From a virus (taxonomy: Duplodnaviria > Caudoviricetes): a stretch of DNA of 32,909 nucleotides. The position numbers were made by a program, and so were the translations under genes. The notes beneath the pieces were generated by a model. The model saw nothing but the letters and a program-made list of their open reading frames with translations, did no database searches and had not been told where the DNA came from. The DNA lies in IMG/VR virus record IMGVR_UViG_3300036833_000578, positions 1 to 32,909 of that record. One strand, 5' to 3'. Below are positions 23,716 to 32,783 of this stretch, one piece after another (the stretch's first letter is position 1; each line of letters starts with the position of its first letter).

Positions 23716-25899
23716 ATGTCGGAAACACGGATCGACCCGGACACGGGTGCCACCCTCGTTCCGGTCGATCACGATCCCTATAGCGATCCGCCGCCGGCCG
23801 GTTACTTTGACAAGATCGGTCAGGATCTCGCCGATTTCTGGCAGCAGCCGCTGGCCCACGTCAAACAGCGGCTGTCCGATATCGGCCAGTCGTTTAGCGA
23901 TGTCGCGACCAGTGGATTGCAGCGCCAGGCCGAGCTCACCGGGGCCGACTATTCGGGCCAGCCGTTTATCGGGGTGGATCCCTCGAGCGGCGAGCTCACC
24001 GGGCGATTGCCGGCATTGGCCGAGCTGGCGCGCAGCGGGATGGCCGGGCCGGTGCCGGGTGGCGCCTTGGGTGCGGGGCCGGCGATCCTCGGACGAGCGG
24101 GCCGTGCTGCGGCCGAGGCGGGCAATCTCGACACGCCGATCAGCGACACGTTGCAGGCCGGCAAGTTTGCCGATCAGCTGCGAGCCGAACACCTGGCGCG
24201 CGACAAGGGACTGCCGCTCAGCGGTGCCGATCAGCCGGTCAGCCCGCCGCCGCACATCCAGACGCCGGCCGACATGGATGGGCTGGTCAACCGTTACGCC
24301 GATCTTGCCGAAAGCGGGGCTAATGCCAAGGATTGGTACGCTCAAAGCGGACGGGCAATCCTCAACGCGGCGGGTGATCCCGAGGCCGCCGACCGCCTCG
24401 CCGCGACATTGGCGGTATCCTCGCCGCGCGCGAGTGTCGCCGAGAATGCGGCAAAAGCGGTGACCCTGTGGAACCAGGCGATGACCAACGAGCCGGCACT
24501 CGCCGTCGGCGGCCGTGGTGGCATGCAGATCGGCGAGCGGGCCGCACCGCTGCTCTACGAAGGGGCGCCGATGACCGGTGAGAAGACCGGGCCCTTCAAA
24601 ACCGCGCTGGGGTTGACCTGGGATCCCGACCCGGCCGGGCATCCCTTTGTCAACGACATCTGGAACATGCGCGCGGCCGAATATCCGCCCGAGCTCGGCA
24701 GTGACAAGGCAGCTCCTCAGTACACCGGCACACCGACCCTGGGACAGCACAACTTCACCCGCATTTTGGCTGATCGGGCGGCCGATGTGCTGAATTCACG
24801 AACCGGTGAGAACTGGAGCCCGGAGCAGATCCAGGCCGCGGTGTGGGCTGGTAAGAAATCGCAGGTCGAGGGCACCCCGGTCGGCGATGCGGCGTTCAAT
24901 TTCGCCGACGCTTTGAAGAACCGCGTTGCGCAGCAGAGCTGGGAGTCGGCGCCGGGCGAGACCGCGGTCAACCATATGCCGGAGTTTCACCAGGCCTCGC
25001 CGATCGACCAGCAGGCCTATCACGACGCGATCCGTGGCGTGCTCGAGGACGATCAGGGGCACGACGTCATCTCGCGCCACCTGGGGCTATTGACCGAGCC
25101 CAGCTTTGGTGGGCCGGGGGTGTTTCAGGGTCAAGTGCGGCCGGGAAGCCAGGCGCAGAGCCTCGCCGGTGCGGCCCTGCAGGGCGGCTATATGGGCGGG
25201 GTCGATCAGTCGACCCGCGATCTGCTCGATACCGCGGAAGCCACTCGAGGGCTGTTGCTGCGCCAGGATGCGGCGGCCTGGCATTTGCCGACCTATCGCG
25301 CCGGTCTCAAGCCGGGCGACAGCAACATGGTCGACGTCAACATCGGCCGGCCGCTCAGCGCCGACGAGGCGCGTTCGGTGGTCGATGCGATGCAGGGAGC
25401 GACCGGGAAGAGCTTCTTTAGCCCGATCGCGACGCAGAACGGGTTCCGCTTGCAGAACGTGCCCGATCAATCGGGCATGAAGAACATAGACTTCCAAAAG
25501 TCGGTTGAAAAAGCCCTCGGAAATGCCGATTTTAAAGGGGTTGACAAGGCCGAGCTGACACCGGCCTTTGCCGATGGGAACTACATCTCGAACGATTGGC
25601 GGGAGCAGCCCAATGGTCAAGGTTATCTGGAAGCCCTCGCCGGGACCGGAAGACCCGATCTTCAGAGAAGGTCCTCGGAGCTACTCGCCACATTGGGGCC
25701 GCGCCTATCTCAGGTCGAAGAACAGTTCGCCCAAACCCACGGATGGAGCCCCGACCGAGCCACCCGGGTCTGGGAGCAAAGCCCGCAAATCCAGCGATAC
25801 GGAAACACCCTAGTGCCGGCGCCGCCGCGGCCGTGGGCCGGTGGGCGGCCGCCGGCATTGGTGCCGGTCGATCATGATCCGTTTGCGGCGGGACCGTGA
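23716..25899 (+). CDS. large protein with an HhH-GPD/DUF7178-like domain, possibly a virion-injected protein
   Basis: WY...LAVSSP..SV.EN...GEK..PF...L...VNDIW.MR...WSPEQIQAAVW; LVPVDHDP[YF] at both termini. Confidence 0.6.
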   Translation: MSETRIDPDTGATLVPVDHDPYSDPPPAGYFDKIGQDLADFWQQPLAHVKQRLSDIGQSFSDVATSGLQRQAELTGADYSGQPFIGVDPSSGELTGRLPALAELARSGMAGPVPGGALGAGPAILGRAGRAAAEAGNLDTPISDTLQAGKFADQLRAEHLARDKGLPLSGADQPVSPPPHIQTPADMDGLVNRYADLAESGANAKDWYAQSGRAILNAAGDPEAADRLAATLAVSSPRASVAENAAKAVTLWNQAMTNEPALAVGGRGGMQIGERAAPLLYEGAPMTGEKTGPFKTALGLTWDPDPAGHPFVNDIWNMRAAEYPPELGSDKAAPQYTGTPTLGQHNFTRILADRAADVLNSRTGENWSPEQIQAAVWAGKKSQVEGTPVGDAAFNFADALKNRVAQQSWESAPGETAVNHMPEFHQASPIDQQAYHDAIRGVLEDDQGHDVISRHLGLLTEPSFGGPGVFQGQVRPGSQAQSLAGAALQGGYMGGVDQSTRDLLDTAEATRGLLLRQDAAAWHLPTYRAGLKPGDSNMVDVNIGRPLSADEARSVVDAMQGATGKSFFSPIATQNGFRLQNVPDQSGMKNIDFQKSVEKALGNADFKGVDKAELTPAFADGNYISNDWREQPNGQGYLEALAGTGRPDLQRRSSELLATLGPRLSQVEEQFAQTHGWSPDRATRVWEQSPQIQRYGNTLVPAPPRPWAGGRPPALVPVDHDPFAAGP

Positions 25900-25922
25900 A
25901 AACTTGAGCAATAGGAGCTCTG

Positions 25923-26156
25923 ATGGCGTTGCACCCTTCCGTCTTTGAATACCTCAAGCCCTCCGAAGAGCAGCTGAGCCAGATGGCCGATGTTCGCGCA
26001 CACTTTGCCAGCTTCGCCCAATACCTCGACCACGCCCTGCCCGAGGGTCCCGACAAGACCTATGTGCTGCGCCATCTGCGCGAATGCGCGATGTGGTCAA
26101 ACATGACGTTGGTGCGTACCGCCGACGGCACGCCGCGGACCCCGCCGCGGAGCTGA
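25923..26156 (+). CDS. Acb2/Tad1-hairpin-like small protein (putative immune-signal sponge)
   Basis: FEYLKPSEEQ...VR..F..FA..LD..LPEGPDK...L..L.E..MWSN; AGGAG RBS. Confidence 0.6.
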   Translation: MALHPSVFEYLKPSEEQLSQMADVRAHFASFAQYLDHALPEGPDKTYVLRHLRECAMWSNMTLVRTADGTPRTPPRS

Positions 26157-26159
26157 GTG

Positions 26160-26423
26160 ATGGCGATCAAGGCCGAAGAGCTGGCGCTGATGGCCGAGGG
26201 TAAGGGCTGCCTCGGCAAGGCGGCCGACGACGAGCCGCTGTTCATCCTGCGGGCCAAGGATCCGGCGGCAGCCTTTATCGTGCGGGTGTGGTGTCAGCTC
26301 GCCTGGCAGGCCGAATTGCACGAGCCGGAGAAGATCGAGGACGCCAAGGCGCTGGCCAATCGGATGGAGGCCTGGCGCATGCGGAATATTACCGCGGCGC
26401 CGCTGCCCTGGCGGAAGGGCTAG
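26160..26423 (+). CDS. conserved small phage protein (DEPxFxLRAxD motif)
   Basis: CL.KAADDEPLFILRAKDP.A...VR.W......KI.DA...A.RM..W. Confidence 0.7.
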   Translation: MAIKAEELALMAEGKGCLGKAADDEPLFILRAKDPAAAFIVRVWCQLAWQAELHEPEKIEDAKALANRMEAWRMRNITAAPLPWRKG

Positions 26424-26959
26424 GGCTTGGTCTCGGGCGAATAGCCCCAGTCGACCGGGTCCTTTTCGCTGCCTGGGGTTCGTATCGGCGGGGTCGGCTT
26501 CCAGCCCGGCGGGATCGGCGGCGGCCACTCGGGCTCGCGGATCACGACGCCATCCTCGCCGCGTACCCACTCGCCTCGCAGCACGTCGGTGTGGCCCAGG
26601 CTGGCCTCCTCGTCGACCACCGCGAAATCGTGCTTGCGGCCGAGAAGCCGGTCGCCGGGCCAATCCCATTTGATCGGCGTGCCCTTAACGGTCGGCGGGG
26701 GGCCGCTCTTGCCGAACAGGAATTGCAGGAAGGCGGTCGATTTGGGCGCCGTCACGTGCGGCACCGGCAGGACCTGGCCGCCGAGGCGCGGCTCCCACCA
26801 AGGCGGGATCGTCGGGCGGAAGGCGCGCAGGAAGTGATCGGCGCCGATCAGATCGCCGATGTGGCGCCACATCGCGATGATCGACCGGCGCTGCTGGTAC
26901 TCGTCCCAGGTTTCCGGGCGATCGTCGGGGCGGAGCGGGATCGGAGGAGGTAGAGCCAT
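26420..26959 (-). CDS. Pro/Trp-rich hypothetical protein, antisense to the late operon
   Basis: Likely start MALPPPIPLRPDD; its stop overlaps the stop of the convergent gene. Confidence 0.45.
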   Translation of the reverse strand: MALPPPIPLRPDDRPETWDEYQQRRSIIAMWRHIGDLIGADHFLRAFRPTIPPWWEPRLGGQVLPVPHVTAPKSTAFLQFLFGKSGPPPTVKGTPIKWDWPGDRLLGRKHDFAVVDEEASLGHTDVLRGEWVRGEDGVVIREPEWPPPIPPGWKPTPPIRTPGSEKDPVDWGYSPETKP

Positions 26960-26979
26960 GGTCAGGACAGTAGCCCGAA

Positions 26980-27918
26980 ATGTCTGACCAGCGGAACAAT
27001 GTTGTCGGGTTTCCGGGTGGTGGCGCGGTGCCGCCGGGGCCGGCTGGTGGGCCGCCTCCGGGGATCGGGGGAGCGCCTGCCCCACCGGGAATGACCGGGT
27101 CACCTGCCAGGCCTGGTCTGCCACCGCCGGGCCCTGGGGGGACTGCTATTTCAGGGCCCGGCGGGGCATCACCAGTCCCAGGCGGTCCGGCGCCGGGGGG
27201 TGCAGCGCCCGGGCCGGGGCCGGTGGCGGCGCCGGGTATGACGCTCAACCCGGCGTTTATGCAATGGCAGCAGATGAGCCAGGCCTGGCACGCCGAAAAC
27301 AACCGGCGGAAACAGCAGTTCCTGCAGGCGTGTCACACCCTGCGCCACGATGTGCGGACCGGCTACAAGATCGACATCGAGGCCGATTCGACCATCGCGC
27401 CCGATGAGCAGGCGGAAAAGCAGGCGCGCACCGAGTTTCTGCAGTCGATCATGCCGATGTTGCAGATGATCATCCCGGAAGTGCAACAGAACCCGCAGGT
27501 CGCCCAGCTGGCGGCCGCGCTGGTCATGTTCGGGGTGCGGGCGTTCCCGGCGGCGCGCGGGCTCGAGGATACGTTCCTGCAGGCCTTTGTCGCCCTGGCG
27601 CAGTCGCCGCCGCAGCCCAATCAGGGGCAGGGCAAAGGCAACACCAAGTCGCCGATGGAGATCATGACCGAGGCCAAGACCGCGCAAGGCGATCAGCAGA
27701 TCGACGCCGCCAAGGTCCAGGCCGATCAGCAGAAAAACTCGGTCGAATTGATGAAGGCCTACATCGCCGCCCAAGGCGATCGCGCGAAACTGGCGCAGGA
27801 AGGCCAGCTCCGTGCCGCCGAGCTCGCGCAGCAGGGTCAGGAGATCCAGGACCGGTCGGCGCTCGACGCGGCGCGCACCAGCCATTTGATCTCGCGCGAC
27901 ACCGCGGGGCTGGTCTAA
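26980..27918 (+). CDS. portal protein, C-terminal part
   Basis: Pro/Gly linker, then LRHDVRTGYKIDIEADSTIAPDEQAEKQARTEFL...FGVRAF..AR.LE, then a Q/A coiled-coil barrel. Confidence 0.82.
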   Translation: MSDQRNNVVGFPGGGAVPPGPAGGPPPGIGGAPAPPGMTGSPARPGLPPPGPGGTAISGPGGASPVPGGPAPGGAAPGPGPVAAPGMTLNPAFMQWQQMSQAWHAENNRRKQQFLQACHTLRHDVRTGYKIDIEADSTIAPDEQAEKQARTEFLQSIMPMLQMIIPEVQQNPQVAQLAAALVMFGVRAFPAARGLEDTFLQAFVALAQSPPQPNQGQGKGNTKSPMEIMTEAKTAQGDQQIDAAKVQADQQKNSVELMKAYIAAQGDRAKLAQEGQLRAAELAQQGQEIQDRSALDAARTSHLISRDTAGLV

Positions 27919-28072
27919 TGTGTGTTTCACAGATCGAGGGCGGACTCCGTGGCGGCGGACCGGCACGAGCGAGCCCTGGGGAGTAGGGCCCGGTCCGTCT
28001 CCGGCTAACGCTTCCAAGCCGGTGATCCCCGGTCGAGCAGGGGTGGAAGGCCCCGCATACTCGGTGGAAGAA

Positions 28073-28492
28073 ATGGCCGGAACACCCCTCTTGATCGGAC
28101 CGGCCGAACGCGTCGAGCTCCTCCGGCTGCGTGAGACCGCGGCTCTCCATCCGGTCGACATTTCGGCTCTGCGGCTGCGGATCGGGACCCGCGAAGGCAA
28201 GAAGAAGCACCTGCGCCAGATGACCAAGCAGACGATCCGCTTGCCGGCGGCCTTTATGGTCACCTTCTCGATCGAAACCGGGCATCCCGGCGGGACGATG
28301 CGGCACATGTCGATGTCGGTGCAGCGCCAGGACCGCATCCCCAACCATCACGCGGTGTGGATGGTCGCCCAGGAGCTCGGCTTTACCGGTGGGCTCGAGG
28401 CCTGCATGGCCTGGCCCGAAAGCCTCAACGGGCATGGCCGGGCGATCAACCTGGTGCAGTTCGTCGCCACCGCGGAGGCCTCCAGGGCCTGA
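28073..28492 (+). CDS. hypothetical protein, paralogue of 6072..6548
   Basis: Shared motifs RHMSMS, IPNH, LGFTG, AWPE, GRAINLV. Confidence 0.75.
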   Translation: MAGTPLLIGPAERVELLRLRETAALHPVDISALRLRIGTREGKKKHLRQMTKQTIRLPAAFMVTFSIETGHPGGTMRHMSMSVQRQDRIPNHHAVWMVAQELGFTGGLEACMAWPESLNGHGRAINLVQFVATAEASRA

Positions 28493-28535
28493 ATTTCAAA
28501 GGGATTAAAATCCCATTTCAAACCAGGAGAAAGAG

Positions 28536-28910
28536 ATGGCATTCCGGCGACGCTGGGTGGTGCGCGACGGCCGGCTGGTCGAGCTCGATCTCGAGGCGCC
28601 CTTGCCGCCGCCGGTGGCGCCGATGATACGCAGCGATATCAGTCCTTATCGCTCGGTGAAGACCGGTGAGATGATCACCGGTCGGGCGCAGCATCGCGAG
28701 CACCTGCAGCGGCACGGAATGATCGAGGTCGGCAACGAACGCGCGCCGTTCTTCAACCGGCCGGCCGCCGGACCGCCGCCGGGTGACATCGCCCAGGACA
28801 TCAAGCAGCAACTGGCGCGCGATCCGGTGGAGCGGCGGAGCGAAGCGACCCGGGTGCTCAACCAGGCCGGCTATTCTGGACCGCAAGTGGAGCGCATCCT
28901 AAAATCCTGA
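28536..28910 (+). CDS. conserved phage head-module protein
   Basis: DI.PYRS..TGEMIT.R..HREHL..HG.IEVGNE; AGGAG RBS. Confidence 0.8.
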   Translation: MAFRRRWVVRDGRLVELDLEAPLPPPVAPMIRSDISPYRSVKTGEMITGRAQHREHLQRHGMIEVGNERAPFFNRPAAGPPPGDIAQDIKQQLARDPVERRSEATRVLNQAGYSGPQVERILKS

Positions 28911-28911
28911 G

Positions 28912-29571
28912 GTGCCCGCCAGTCTGATCATCCCGGTTGTTGTCCCGGCGCTAGCCAAGAAGCGCTGGAAGATCCGCCTGCGGGTCGACGCGGATCAGAC
29001 GGCATGGACCGAGTGCGAGGATTTTGCCGAACTGACGCAGGCGGTCGGCCAGGCGCGCCAAATGTCGCCGGACGCCGAGCTCTACATCACCGCACCCAGC
29101 GACGCCGAGTTGGATCACGAGCTCCGGGTGGCGGCCGGAATAATCATGTTTGACGCGAGCGATCCGGCGTGGCCCGGGCCGCCGCTCGGCGATGTGTTCT
29201 TTGGCGGGCTGCGCAACCTCGATCATCTCTATGCGCGGCTAAAGGGGGCGCGGATCAGCATCGAGGCCGGAATGGCGGCCGAGAATGCGGCGGTGTGTGT
29301 ACTCAAGCGCATGGGTCTGCTCGAGCCGCCGCGTCCGGTGCGGGTGATCCAGCCGCCGGCATTGCCCAGGCCGCGCAAGGCGCGCAAGCCGCGCGAGACG
29401 AAGCCGCGCGAGACGGCGGCGGCCAAGATGCGTCGGCTGTGGGAGCGTGAGCGCCGCCGGAAGCTGCTGAACCGGGTCAAGGACGAGAGCGGTCCGCGGG
29501 ACGAGTGGTTGAGCTACGGCCCGACGGACTGGGACAATTTTGCGCCGATCAAACCGCGAAAACGCCACTAA
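28912..29571 (+). CDS. hypothetical protein with basic C-terminus
   Basis: 219-aa ORF directly after the previous stop. Confidence 0.6.
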   Translation: MPASLIIPVVVPALAKKRWKIRLRVDADQTAWTECEDFAELTQAVGQARQMSPDAELYITAPSDAELDHELRVAAGIIMFDASDPAWPGPPLGDVFFGGLRNLDHLYARLKGARISIEAGMAAENAAVCVLKRMGLLEPPRPVRVIQPPALPRPRKARKPRETKPRETAAAKMRRLWERERRRKLLNRVKDESGPRDEWLSYGPTDWDNFAPIKPRKRH

Positions 29572-30008
29572 CTCGTTGATCTAGCAGCGATCGCAACGCC
29601 ATTGCGGCGGATTGCGGTTACTGTGCGATTTCGATCGCAACGCGTTGCGGCCGCTAGGGCCCCTGCGGGACAAGCTGGTTGGGGTCGTTGCGATCAGGTC
29701 CAATGACAGCGGCCATTGAGACCCCCATCAGGCGGCCTCCGGCGCGGCCTATAGACGATTAACGATTGAGTGCGCACTGGCCGTCACAAGCGGCGAGTTT
29801 ATGAACAAATCTCGTGGTGAGCCCACCCGATTTTGTTCGTGAACGGGCGTTCTCAGCGAACGCAGAGTGAACACCGCGATGCCCTGTGAATTTTGCCGCG
29901 GCCGCCACCGGCTGCCGCCGTGTCCAGCCTGTGGCGGGTGCGCCATCGGGTCGTGCTGCGAAGGTGCGGTCGGCGGACCGTACGAGGTGGGCAATCTGGG
30001 GACAGTCA

Positions 30009-30416
30009 ATGAAAACCGTCGTGATGCGGCGCAGCGACCGCGAAAAGAAGGACGCTACGGAGAATTACGCGGTCCCGTTCCACCCGCAGGCTGAGGACTA
30101 TCACCACGGGCTGGTGATCAACCTCGACGACGACTGTCTGCGCAAGCTCGGGATCGACGAGATGCCCAAGCCCGGCGACCATTTTCGGATCGAGGGCGAG
30201 GCGCACGTGATGGAGTCGGCGCAGCGCGACACCGACAAGAGTTCCGACCGCCGGGTCGAGATGGTGCTGCACAAGCTTGGTGCCGAAAAGCAGGGCGGCG
30301 AGGACAAACCGGAGAAGTCAATTCGCGACGAGCTCGAGGACGCCCGGCACCGGGCGAGGGGGACCTCGAGCCCGTCGATCGGGGCCCGTGCCAACGGGGC
30401 GCGAGCGGCTAGCTAA
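30009..30416 (+). CDS. capsid staple/cement-like protein
   Basis: Y..GL.I.LDD..L.KLGI...PK.G....I...A.V pattern; precedes the scaffold gene. Confidence 0.65.
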   Translation: MKTVVMRRSDREKKDATENYAVPFHPQAEDYHHGLVINLDDDCLRKLGIDEMPKPGDHFRIEGEAHVMESAQRDTDKSSDRRVEMVLHKLGAEKQGGEDKPEKSIRDELEDARHRARGTSSPSIGARANGARAAS

Positions 30417-30428
30417 CAGGAGAGCGCT

Positions 30429-31670
30429 ATGCCAGCTGAAGACGAGACCAGAAGCACACTGCCGGAGACCGGCAACACGCCGAGCGATCTGCGGACGATG
30501 ATCGCCGACACCTTGCGCGACGCCAAGGAGGCGGACGCGGCCGCACCGGCGGCACCCGCTGCGGGCGGCTTGTTCGAGGACCGGACCGCGGTCGGAAGCA
30601 CCGCGGCGGGAAGCGGCGAGCCGCCAAAGCCCGGCGAAGGCGAAGACAAGGACAAGGACAAGGGTGGAGAGTCCGGGGCACCGCCGGCACCTGGTCCGAC
30701 CGAGCCGGCCGAGCGCGAGCCCGCCGGGCCGGCGGCCGCACCGCAGCACTGGGCGGCCGAGGACAAGGCGACTTTTGAGGGATTACCGACGGCCGCCAAG
30801 GGGCCTTTTCTCAATCTCTACAAGCGGATGGAGAGGGGGTTCCAGCCGCGGCTCGAGCGGCTGGCGACCCTCGAGAAGGATCTGCCGGCGATGCAGGAGC
30901 GCGTCCAGACCTATGACCGCGACTATTCGGAGATCGACCGGGCATTTGGCCCGCACCGCGAAAAACTGCGTTCGCAGGGCCGCGGGCCGAAGGAGATCCT
31001 GCAAATTTGGTACAACACCGAGGCCGGGCTCGCCAATCCCGAGCAGCGTGACGCGGTGATCGCCAACATCATCGCCGCCTACCAGTGCGACCCGTTCAAG
31101 ATCGCCGAGCATCTGAATGCCAGGCGGGGGTTTGCTCCGCAGTCCCCGGGTGGCGACGGGGGTGGGCAGCCGCAGCCGCAAGTGCGCAGCCAGATCGATC
31201 CGGCGCTGGAGGCGCGGTTTAGCGCCCTGGAGAACGCCGAGCGCAATCGCGTCGAGACGATCGTGCGCGACAACATGGACAACGCCAAACGCATCTATGA
31301 GGACTTCGCCAACGCCAAAGGGGCAGATGGCGCGCTCCTCCATCCCGATCTCGTGGCGCTGGAGCCCGTGATGACCGCTTTTGCCGATGTCGACCGAAAG
31401 GCCGGCAAGCAGATCGATCTGCAGGACCTCTACACCCGAGCCGAATGGGCCACTCCCTCAACCCGTGACCGTCTCCTCGAAAGGCAGGGCGCCGACGAGC
31501 AGAGAAAAGCGGCAGACGAGCGGAAGGCCAAAGCCGAAGCCGCACGACGGGCTTCCTCGAGCGTCACTGGTTCCCCTGGACCCGGTGCAGCGCCGCAGGA
31601 TCTCGGCGCGCCGGACCGATCCATCCGTGATGAAATCCGGGCCCAAATGAACGGCGGGCGCCGCAGCTAG
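30429..31670 (+). CDS. capsid scaffolding protein
   Basis: Acidic/Pro-rich N-terminus, APQHW..E....F..LP, coiled coil, C-terminal SIRDEI; directly upstream of the capsid gene. Confidence 0.85.
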   Translation: MPAEDETRSTLPETGNTPSDLRTMIADTLRDAKEADAAAPAAPAAGGLFEDRTAVGSTAAGSGEPPKPGEGEDKDKDKGGESGAPPAPGPTEPAEREPAGPAAAPQHWAAEDKATFEGLPTAAKGPFLNLYKRMERGFQPRLERLATLEKDLPAMQERVQTYDRDYSEIDRAFGPHREKLRSQGRGPKEILQIWYNTEAGLANPEQRDAVIANIIAAYQCDPFKIAEHLNARRGFAPQSPGGDGGGQPQPQVRSQIDPALEARFSALENAERNRVETIVRDNMDNAKRIYEDFANAKGADGALLHPDLVALEPVMTAFADVDRKAGKQIDLQDLYTRAEWATPSTRDRLLERQGADEQRKAADERKAKAEAARRASSSVTGSPGPGAAPQDLGAPDRSIRDEIRAQMNGGRRS

Positions 31671-31715
31671 CAGCGCTCGCCTCAGGGCCCTTTCAGCAAC
31701 CCAGGGGAGAAAGGC

Positions 31716-32747
31716 ATGCCCTCACCGAACCCGAATTGGGGTGAAATCACCACAACCACGTTGTTCAATCGGAGCCGAAAACTCGCAGACAACGTGACGA
31801 AGAACAACGCCATCTTGGCGAGACTGTCGCAAAGGAACAAAGTCAAGCCTGTCGATGGCGGTCAGGCGATAGTGCAGGAGCTCGAATACAGCGAGAACGG
31901 GACCTATAAAAGGTACACCGGCTATGACATTTTGAATGTCTCGCCGTCGGATGTATTCACCGCCGCACAGTATCCGTGGGCGCAGGCCGCCGTCGCGGTC
32001 AGCATCAGCGGTCTCGAGGAATTGCAGAACAGCGGCGAAGAGCGGATGATCGATCTGCTCGAGTCGCGCATCGGCAATGCCGAGAGAACGATGACCAACG
32101 GGATTTCGGGCGACTGCTACGGCAACGGCACCTTGGACGGCGGCAAGCAGATCGGTGGTCTGCAATTGCTGGTCGCCGATGTGCAGACTGCCGGAGTGGT
32201 CGGTGGTATCGATCGCGGGTTGTGGCCGTTTTGGCGGGCCTACATTGGTTCCTTCTCGGCGGCGGCAATAACTCCGGGAACAGCCACCATCCAAACCATG
32301 ATGAACCGCCAATGGTTAAATCAGGTCCGAGGAACTGATAGACCAGACCTAATAATAGCCGACAACGCTTACTTCAGTTTCTACTGGGAAAGCTTGCAAG
32401 CGATTCAGCGGATCACCCAGGCGAACGAAGGAATGGCTGGTTTCCAGACGCTTAAATTTATGGACGCCGACGTTGTATTTGACGGCGGCTTCCAAGGTGT
32501 CGCGGGCGGTACCGGGACGACGATCGGCGGTGGGATCACCTGGGCGACCCCGAGTGGTGCTCCGTCCAATCATATGTACTTCCTCAACACCGACTATATA
32601 TTCCTGCGTCCGCACCGTGAACGGAACATGGTTCCGCTCAATCCCGACCGGTTTACGGTCAACCAAGACGCAATGGTCAAGTTGGTGGGGTGGGCCGGCA
32701 ACATGACGATGAGCAACGCGTTCTTGCAAGGCGTGCTGATCAATTAG
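31716..32747 (+). CDS. major capsid protein (HK97 fold)
   Basis: TTT...RSRKLADNVTKNNA.L..L....GG..I...LEY; AAQYPW.Q.AV..SISGLEELQNSG; W.GNMT.SN..LQG. Confidence 0.93.
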   Translation: MPSPNPNWGEITTTTLFNRSRKLADNVTKNNAILARLSQRNKVKPVDGGQAIVQELEYSENGTYKRYTGYDILNVSPSDVFTAAQYPWAQAAVAVSISGLEELQNSGEERMIDLLESRIGNAERTMTNGISGDCYGNGTLDGGKQIGGLQLLVADVQTAGVVGGIDRGLWPFWRAYIGSFSAAAITPGTATIQTMMNRQWLNQVRGTDRPDLIIADNAYFSFYWESLQAIQRITQANEGMAGFQTLKFMDADVVFDGGFQGVAGGTGTTIGGGITWATPSGAPSNHMYFLNTDYIFLRPHRERNMVPLNPDRFTVNQDAMVKLVGWAGNMTMSNAFLQGVLIN

Positions 32748-32783
32748 CCGTCTGTCGTGCTAACTCTTAGAGCGGAGTGAGAA

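Noticed and set aside
23693-26979. Group I/II intron, intein or IS as the cause of the portal split
   Set aside because: No reverse transcriptase, LAGLIDADG/HNH, transposase or intein terminal motifs, and no terminal inverted repeats or target duplication seen by eye.
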